64,000 nt of DNA from the NCBI GenBank assembly GCA_016776505.1, contig JADHTG010000009.1, positions 6,946 to 70,945 on the forward strand. The letters are read 5' to 3'. This document shows positions 41,169 to 51,100 of this stretch, in pieces; the stretch's first letter is position 1; each line of letters opens with the position of its first letter. The notes under the pieces are model-generated. The model searched no databases, had not been told where the DNA came from, and saw only the letters and a list, made by a program, of their open reading frames with translations. A program made the translations under genes and the position numbers. The DNA comes from Bacteroidota bacterium. Lineage in GTDB: Bacteria > Bacteroidota > Bacteroidia > CAILMK01 > JAAYUY01.

Positions 41169-41891
41169 TTGGAAAAAAATACCGAAAATACCTTGAAATG
41201 GGTGATTCTATTCAGCATCGCCATGGGCGTACTGGAAAGCGCTGTAGTAGTGTATTTAAGAGAAATCTATTACCCAAATGGATTTGCTTTTCCATTGAAA
41301 TCCATTATAGGACATATTGCCTTAACAGAGATAATGCGTGAAGCATCTACACTCATCATGCTTTTGGCGATCGGATATTTAGCAGGGACATTTTTTACTG
41401 AACGCTTTGCCTATTTCATCTTGACTTTTGCGATCTGGGATATTGTCTATTATGTATTTTTAAAAATCCTGTTAAACTGGCCGGAGAGTCTGATGACCTG
41501 GGATATTTTATTTCTTATACCACTGCCCTGGGTAGGACCCGTGATAGCCCCAGTCATTCTCTCGCTGATGATGATCGTGTTTGCATCACTCATCATTTAC
41601 TTTTCACGGAATAACAACAGGATCAATGTGACCCCCAGAGAATGGTTTTTACTCGTTCTCGGTTCTCTTATTGTCATTATTTCATTTTGCTGGGATTATT
41701 CTGCATTTATTTTAAATCAATATTCATTGTCTGAAGCCTTTTCCATTACGAATAGAGATTCTTTATTAACTCTTTCTTCCACCTATGTGCCTGATAGGTT
41801 TACCTGGTGGCCATTTCTTCTGGGATTTGGCATTATAATTTCCGGAATTGGATTATTTACAAAACGAAATACTCATCGAACTGTTCCCTGA
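41169..41891 (+). CDS. Integral membrane protein, unknown function
   Basis: About 6 TM helices, no recognisable motifs. Confidence 0.4.
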   Translation: MEKNTENTLKWVILFSIAMGVLESAVVVYLREIYYPNGFAFPLKSIIGHIALTEIMREASTLIMLLAIGYLAGTFFTERFAYFILTFAIWDIVYYVFLKILLNWPESLMTWDILFLIPLPWVGPVIAPVILSLMMIVFASLIIYFSRNNNRINVTPREWFLLVLGSLIVIISFCWDYSAFILNQYSLSEAFSITNRDSLLTLSSTYVPDRFTWWPFLLGFGIIISGIGLFTKRNTHRTVP

Positions 41892-41920
41892 CCAGGATGA
41901 ATTCATCCTGTAAGCCTGGT
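41891..41920. terminator. Perfect 18-bp palindrome caggatgaattcatcctg, nested in accagg...cctggt, at the gene end
   Basis: Inverted repeat read directly from the sequence immediately after the stop codon at 41889-41891. It could equally be a protein-binding dyad. Confidence 0.35.
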
Positions 41921-42176
41921 CTCAAATCAAAAGCGAAACTTTCACAAAAAGGCAGTGAAAAAGTAAAATAAAGGACTTCATATGTTCTTCTTTTCAAACC
42001 CAGGAATTAACTCCAAACGCCAGTCATCGCCTCCCTGAGTTTCTTTTTGTTTTGCAGATAGATAGGTAAACCTGCCTGTTCGGTTTAGAAATTCCTAATA
42101 TGTTGGTAACGCTTATAATTGCTTGTTTATCAGATAATATTAGTTTAATTTAGCAGTTTAATAAAAAAAATCAAAT

Positions 42177-45100
42177 TTGAAAAATCTATACCTGTTTTTT
42201 AGATTTCTTAAATGCTGTTCTTTCATCCTGGTTTTCAACATCTGTTGCCATTCTGTACATGCCCAGGTAACAGTATATACTGAAAACTTTGAGCACGGGA
42301 GTAATATGCCTTCTGGTTGGTCCCAGGAATATGTTTATGATACTTTAAACTGGATTTTTACCAGTGGAGGTCAAAGTGGTCACCCATCGGCTGCACATGG
42401 TGGCAGCTACAATGCATTATTGTATTATGGAGGGATATACAGAACAACCAAACTGATTTGCAAACCTCTTAACCTAACTCCATATTCTAATTTACAATTG
42501 AAGTTCTGGCATACACAGGAAGAATATTCAGGAGACCAGGATAAATTAAAAGTATTTTACAAGACTTCAGCAAGTGGTAGCTGGGTTCAATTAGCAAGCT
42601 ATACAACGAATGTTTCCTCCTGGACGCAACGTACTATTACCTTACCAAATCCAAGTTCCAACTATTACATTGCATTTGAAGGTGAAGCCAGATATGGATA
42701 TGGTGTATGTGTTGATGATGTACTGATCACGGGTACTGTTTCAAATGGTTTAGACATCAGTTGTGTCAGTATCTCATCTCCTTTAATTTGGGGAGTAGGT
42801 AATAATACTCTTAAGATCAGCTATAAAAATATGCGTTCAGACACTATTTTCAATGCTGATTTTGGCTATAAATTGGATACGAATACAGCGGTTATTGATA
42901 CGAATAAATCGACTGGAACTTTGCTGGCCAACCAGGAAAAGGATTATACTTTTCCCGCTTCATTGAGTATTAGTAAAGGAAACCATTATATCAAGGTATG
43001 GGCAAACAAACCCAATCGCACAAATCCGGACGATGTGCCTGCAAATGATACATTTACACTGAATTTTGGAACGGGTATCAAGGATACATTCTATATCGAT
43101 AAAAGTGGACAGGGTGATTACACCACTTTTGCCGCGGCAGTAGCTGATTTGAACAACGGGGTTACGGGTCCGGTTTGGTTTATCGTGAAACCAGGTACAT
43201 ATACGGAAAAGGTTGTGATAGGAGAAATTCCGGGTGCGGATTCAACCAATACCATCACATTTGATGGATTGTATAAAGACAGCACATTCCTGTCATATAC
43301 AGGGACTTCTGCAGCAAATAGAGCCACATTATCCTTTAAAGGGGCCGATTATGTGACCTTTAAAAATATGACCATCAAGAATGAGGGCAATACTTATGCA
43401 GTTGCAGTATTGTTAAGGAATAAATCAGACCACAATACATTTTTCAATTGCAACCTGAAGCTGAAAACGACTGTTACCAGCGGATATGCTCAGGTGATAT
43501 TAGCGTCGGCTAAAGAAAATAGTACTGGTGCCAATGGGGATAATTGCAACTATACATCATTTGAAAACTGTTTAATTGAAGGAGGGCAGTATGGTGCCCG
43601 CATGCATGGAACAAATACAGCTTCTATGGCTGTAAATAACAGTTTTGTTAATTGTAATTTTACTAATCAGTGGTATTTTGGATTGTATTTGTATTACCAA
43701 CAAGGATTTAACATCTCTTATTGCAAAGTGGCAAACTTCAGACATGCATCTGCCTATGGTCTAATTAACTATTATGGTGCAGGTTCTAATATAGATGGCA
43801 ATAGTATACAAGCGGGTATTCATGCTCTTTATTTGTATCGTGAAAACTACTATAAACAAAATAATTCTTCTTATGTAACAAACAACATGATATGCAATTT
43901 CAAGAATACAGTATATCAGAGAGGAATATATGCAGTTTCATATTGTTATAACTTAAACATACTTCACAACAGCATTCTTGTTAATGGCACGTCTACTTCT
44001 CCTACTTATGCTGCTATTTATATATATTACTATTGTAATAATTCGGTCATTAAAAACAATTTACTAGCTAGCTTGAATAAGACAAACATTCTTGCCATGC
44101 TTTATGCAGGAACAGTTTCTGTGGATTATAATGACTACTATTATGACACCAACTCAAATGTTAAATTCTATATTAATTACAGTTATGCCAACTTCAACAC
44201 CTTTAAATCCATTGCATCCTATATCAACTATCCACATGACCTGAATTCCTTTGATAATGTGAATCCCGGATTTGTTTCAAATACCAACCTGCATCTTGAT
44301 ACATTAAGTTCCATAAGCCTGATGGCCCCGGCAGCTGGCATTTCAAACGACTTTGATAATGAAAGCAGAAATTTGAATTTTGGAGTAAATTTAGGAGCTG
44401 ATGAAATCCCACATCCAAACCGTGACCTGGATATCATTAGTATTGATACACCTGCCGTGCTTAAGTCGGGCTCCAATATCGTTTCCATAACACTTCGAAA
44501 TATGGGTACCGATTCCATTGTACCACAAAAACTTTACCTGAATTATAGGCTAAATGGTGGAAATCCTGTAAATGATTCTTTGACGCTAAGCTCGAAATTA
44601 CCTCCTTTCGGCAGTATAAAATTTTCGTTTCAAACACCTGTAAATATTACAGGATCCGGAAGTTATGAATTCTGTGTTCAACTAAGCCCCGGGATATACA
44701 ATGATCCGGATAGCCTGGATGAGTTATGTGTCACCAAATGTCTGGGTAAAATAGATACCTTTATGATCGATCCCAGTGGTAATGGTGATTTTACTACCAT
44801 AATGGCAGCTGTCAATTCACTGCAAACATGTGGTATTTCAGGAGCAGTTACTTTTATTTTAAAAGCGGGAACATATGTTGAGCGGGTTGTAATCCCTGAA
44901 ATCCCGGGTGCAAATTCGGTCCGAACTGTTACCTTTCAAGGTGTTCATAAAGATAGTGTTGTACTTGTCCATGCAGGAACCTCAACAGCAAAATCTGTTA
45001 TTTTGCTAAATAGTGCAGATCATATAGTGATCAAAAATATGAGAGTATTAAATAATGGAAACAGTTATGCGAGCTGCATCCATTTTATGAATGGAGCTGA

Positions 45101-48100
45101 TTCTAATACTGTTGAGAACTGTGACCTGACAGTTAGTACAGCAACTTCTTCCTATAAAATTCCGGTAATAGCTTCTAATTCAGAGTTATATTATAATACA
45201 TATGGAAATACTGCCAATGGAAACCTGATAAAAAATAATAAGATTTCAGGTGGTTATCATGGTATATGTATGGTAGGAACTGATAAAAATAATCTTTGTT
45301 GGAATAACCGGATAATTGGAAATACAATTAAGGATCAATATTATATGGGGATTTATAATATTTATCAGGGTAATACTGAGATCATTGGGAATAGCATTAA
45401 GAATCTGGATTTGTATTATGCATATGGCATTTACAGGTATTATTGCACTAAAGCGAGGATAGAATCCAATGTGATACAGCCAGGACGGATTGGAATATAT
45501 CTTAATCGTGAGAATAACCTTTTCCCAGATAACAGTACACACATCATTAATAATATGATTAGTAATTTTAATGACGGCACCTATCAAGCTGGTATTTATA
45601 CTTATTATTACAGCACTAAACTGAAAATTTATCACAACAGTATTTATTTAGATGGAAATGTTTCCTCCATAACTTATGCCGGACTTTCCTTGTATTATTA
45701 TTGTGATTCGGCCATTGTCAAGAATAATCTGATTGCCAGTGATGGAAGTAACTACCTGATGACTTCTTATATATCAAGGGGTACAATTATCGATTACAAT
45801 AGTTACTATGCTCCTAATAACACATCCTATAAATTCTATAATTCAGCCTCTTTTACTAATTTAAGCGCATACAAAAATTCTACTGCATATCTGGTTTACC
45901 CACACAATGTAAACTCCTTCGAAAATATTAATCCGGGCTTTATTTCGCTTGCCAATCTTCATCTATCCTCTAATTCTGCAGGTATTGGAGGAGATACATT
46001 GGGCATATTATATGATATAGATGGGGATTATCGCTGCCAGGCCAGTCCCAGTCTGGGTGCTGATGAAGCAGGACCCGTATCTGACTTTAGCATTAATTCT
46101 GCAACACAATGTATGGATGGGCATATTTTTATATTGAATAATACTTCTCAGGGAGGCACTGCCACTCTATCCTATTTTTGGACCTTTGGTGATGGAGATA
46201 CATCTACTTTAAGAAATCCTGTTCATTCCTATGCATCTCCGGGGACTTATACAATTACACTGATAGTCTATCCAAGTTTTGGTTGTTCAGATACCACCTC
46301 TAAAACTGTTACCGTCAATCCTTCCCCTCAAATTGGTTTCACTGTGAATGATAGTACTCAATGTCTCCAGAATAACAATTTTAATTATCAGAATACAACT
46401 ACCATCAGTTCAGGCAGCTTAACTTATAATTGGAATTTTGGAGATGGTTATTCTGCCGGAGTTCAAAATCCTACACATTCATATGGATATAGTGACACTT
46501 TTGCAGTCAGGTTAATTGTGGGCAGCGATCTGGGCTGTGTGGATACGCTCATAAAAAATATGTATGTGTTTCCCATGCCAGATGCTGATTTTACTATTAA
46601 TAGCGGTGCTCAGTGTAAATTGAACAATAATTTTATTTTCACAAATACCACAAGCATTTCATCAGGTACACTGACTTTTTTCTGGGATTTTGGGGATGGA
46701 AATACATCCACTCAAATGAGTCCTGCACACTCTTATGCTGCAAACGGGAATTATGATGTAAAACTGACAGCAACTTCTGCCTTTGGTTGCATGGATTCAG
46801 CTTTAAAAAATACATTTGTTTATCCGACACCAACAGCTACTTTTACTGTTAATGATACGGACCAATGTTTGAACGGGAATCTATTCCAAATCACAAACTC
46901 ATCCTTTGTAAGTTCAGGATCACTGACTTATTATTGGACTTTTGGGGATGGAAATTCATCCAGCCAGTCAAATCCTTCTTATTCTTATTCTGCTACTGGA
47001 ACCTATCTCATAAAATTAATAGTATCCACAACAAATTCTTGTGTAGATTCCGCACAGCAGTATGTCATAGTTCATCCTTCCTTAATTGCTGATTTCAGCA
47101 TTAACAATGTAAATCAATGTTTAAAAGGCAATAATTATATATTCACCAATGCAACTACCACCACTAATGGTACGATGAGCTATTACTGGGATTTTGGTGA
47201 TGGATCCGTTTCCACTTCGACCAGTCCGACCCATGTTTACAGCATTTTTGGAGCATTAGATGTAAAATTAGTTGCCAGTTCAACAAACAGCTGTTCAGAT
47301 ACGATATCTAAACCTGTCCAAATTTACTCCATGCCTCTGAACGTGAAGGATACATCACTGTCAAACCGGCTTTCAGACAGTTTACTTGCTTGGTATCCTT
47401 TTATTGGTAATGTAAATGATCACAGTGGTTTGTCAAATAACGGAACGGTATATGGAGCAAGTTTAAGCAATGATCAATGCAGTCGAAGTGATAGTGCATA
47501 TTATTTTGACGGCAATGATTATCTCAGGGTGCCTCATGCAGTCTTTTTAATACCCCAGAATAGCTACGCTGCATCAGCCTGGATCTATCCAACTCAATCA
47601 GGTGGTACGCAATATATCCTTTACAAATATCAAAGCAATTTATACAAAGGCTATTCTATTGCCTTATATAACAATAAAATAGCTGCTGATTTTGGAGGAA
47701 GTTTGAATCCTGTTTATTCAACCCAAAGTGTTAATTTAAATGAATGGAACCATATTGTCGTTAGTTACGATGGCTGGAATTATAAAATGTACCTGAATAA
47801 TCAGGTGGTTGGATCGGGCATTGCAGCCAATAATTTTCAATCAATCACGCCTTTATACATAGGCTCCAGGGGAACTGCCAACTATTTTAAAGGCTATCTT
47901 GACGAAGTCAGGATTTACGATAAGTCGCTGGACAATGTTGAAATAAATGCACTTTATCATGAAATACCCTACGTTCAGCTAAAAGATACTTTTGTTTGTT
48001 CTGGTAACTCCACTTCCATTTACATCCATAATTCAGGAGTTGGAATTGGCTACCAGTTAAAAGACTATGGAACTGGGAGTTCAATAGGCTCAGTAGTCTA

Positions 48101-51100
48101 TGGAAATGGATGCAGGATCAGTTTGAGCACAGGAACCATCAGCAGCCAAAAGCAAATTCAAATTGTTGCCACTGATTCAAGCACTTCCTGCCAGCAGATA
48201 TTTGATACACTAATTACAATAATTCTGGCTCCCGTACCAACAGCTGCGTTTACTGTATCTCCCACTTCATCCTGTCTTTCCGGTAATCATTTTACACTTA
48301 CAAATTCATCATCCGTGAGTTTTGGTTCCTTACAATTTAAGTGGGATTTTGGAGATTTAAATACTTCAACACTGACCAGCCCGACACACCAATATACCTA
48401 TGCGGATACTTTTACTATTAAACTGACCACTACAACCACATACGGTTGCAGCGATTCCTTAGAGAAATCAGTAAGGGTATTCCCCCAACCCAATGCAGAT
48501 TTCACTATAGCAGATAGTATTCAATGTTTGGGTAATAATGCATTCGCATTTGTTAATAATTCAACTATCTTGAATGATACATTGAGTTACCTTTGGGATT
48601 TTGGAGATGGAAATAAATCTACAACTAAGAATCCGGTTCATTCCTATTCTTATGCAGACACCTTCCAGGTGAAATTAATTGTCAGTTCAGGAAATGGATG
48701 TACAGACTCCATGATTAAAACGACATACCTGCATGTCAATCCAAATCCAACCGCCGGGTTTAGCATCAATGACAGTACTCAATGTTTGAACGAAAATAAC
48801 ATATCCCTGACAAACTCATCCAGCATCAGTGCAGGTACTATGAATTTTAGCTGGAGATTGGGTGATGGGAACACCTCCACTGCAACAAATCCAAGTTATC
48901 AATACAGTGCTTATGATACCTTTGATATAACGCTACTGGTCGTTTCAGATAAAGGCTGTACTGATTCAGTCATGCACCAGGCTTATATTTATCCCAATCC
49001 GAACAGTTCGTTTTCAATAAATGATACGGTTCAGTGCTTTACAGGAAATGTGTTCAGTTTCACAAATCTCACAAGCATCCCTTATGGATCTTTTACCTCC
49101 TGGTGGTCTTTTGGAGACGGATCTTTTTCGACAACAAGCAATCCAACCCATTCATTTACTCAGCCTGATACATTTACAGTTCAATTGTTATCCACTTCAA
49201 ATTATGGATGTTTGGATTCTGTTCAGTCTAATGCTATTGTAGAACCCAGTCCTGTTGCTGGTTTTACTGTTAACGATACCACACAATGCCTGGATGGCAA
49301 TAGTTTTTCATTTACTGATCTGTCAGTAGGTGGTTCTGGAACCATATATTACTATTGGACTTTTGGAGATGGATCAGGCTCAACAGCTCAAAACCCGGTT
49401 CATTCTTACTCCACTGCAGGCACTTACCAGGTTAAGTTATTAATCCATTATGGTGCTTTCTGCAAGGATTCCATGCAAAAACAAATTGTGGTGTATCCCA
49501 CGCCGATTGCCGATTTTAGTGTAAATGACTCAACTCAATGTCTGACCAACAACAGCCTCTCGTTCACAAATTTGTCCAGCATCACATCTGGTTCCATGAG
49601 TTATTTCTGGACATTTGGTGATGGCAGTTCAAGTACAGCCACGAATCCCACGCATAGCTATAATACAGACGGCACTTACCAGGTTCAATTACTTGTTATT
49701 TCATCGGAGGGCTGCAGTGATTCAATATCTTCAAGTATTCAAATTTGGCCTGTGCCAACAGCATCCTTTAGCATCAATAACACTTCCCAGTGTTTTGGCG
49801 GAAACAGCTTTGGCTTTAACAATACTTCCTCCATAAAATCAGGATCATTGACATACCTTTGGACCTTCGGGGATGGAAATTCATCTTCTTCAGCATCACC
49901 GTCCTATTCTTATTCAAGTCCGGGTAGCTATAGTGTGAAATTGGTGGTCAGTTCTGCTTATTCCTGCCAGGATTCTGTAACGCAAAATGTGCTGGTAAGT
50001 CCTATGCCAATTGCAGATTTTACAATCAGTAATGACACTCAATGTTTAGATGGAAATACATTCTATTTTTACGATTCTTCAATCATTTCATCTGGCAGCA
50101 TCAGTTACAATTGGAATTTCGGGGACGGATCCACTTCCAATCTTCAGAATCCAGGTCATTCCTATCTCAATCCGGGTAGTTATGCTGTTAAACTTCTGAT
50201 CAGTTCGGATAAGGGATGTCTTGACTCCCTCAGCAAAACGGCACTTGTGAATCCGAATCCTGTAGTAAGTTTTAGCGTCAACGATACAGACCAGTGTTTG
50301 AATATCAATCATTTTGTAATTAGCAATAACAGTTCAATAAGTTCAGGAACTTTAAGCTATTCCTGGGATTTTGGGGATGGATCCAGCTCTGATTCAAGCA
50401 ATCCGGTCAAGCAGTATAGCACAGCGAATACTTTCACGATCAAGTTAATAGTAAATAGTAATAATTATTGTACAGACTCCATGTCCCAAAAGGTTATTGT
50501 ATTCCCAAATCCTCAATCAGATTTTAGTGTAAACAGCGATAGTCAATGCTTTGCCTCAAACCAGTTTGTCTTTACGAATTCATCTTCCATAGCAGCTGGT
50601 AGTTTAGTTTATTTGTGGAGTTTTGGCGACAGTCAAAATGATACTGCTCAGCATCCTGTACATTCCTATGCTTCAAACGGAAGCTACCAGGTTCAATTAA
50701 TCAGTAGCTCCCCGAATGGATGTGTCGATACAGCTACAAAATCCATGACTGTTTTAGCAAGCCCCGAGGCTTCATTTACAGTGAATGATACCGACCAATG
50801 TTTGACGAACAATAGTTTTGTACTTTCCAATACATCAACCATCAACTCGGGGAATTTGTATTATTTATGGGATTTTGGTGATAATTCGACTTCAGCCAGC
50901 AAAGATACAAATCATACCTATGCGACAGACGGAATTTACCAGCTGAAGCTTTTAGTAAGTTCAGGCTTCAATTGCAGCGATTCTGCTTATCAGGCATTAT
51001 ATGTTTATCCAATCCCGGTGGTTGATTTCAGCATTAATGATACAAATCAATGCCTGACAGAAAATCTGTTTGCCCTTACAAACACCTCCTCGATTTCAAC

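Noticed and set aside
41893-41910. Perfect 18-bp palindrome caggatgaattcatcctg as a possible restriction-modification or operator site
   Set aside because: It sits immediately after a stop codon and is nested in a larger inverted repeat, so a transcription terminator is the simpler reading. It was kept only as a low-confidence terminator. The operator alternative is not excluded.
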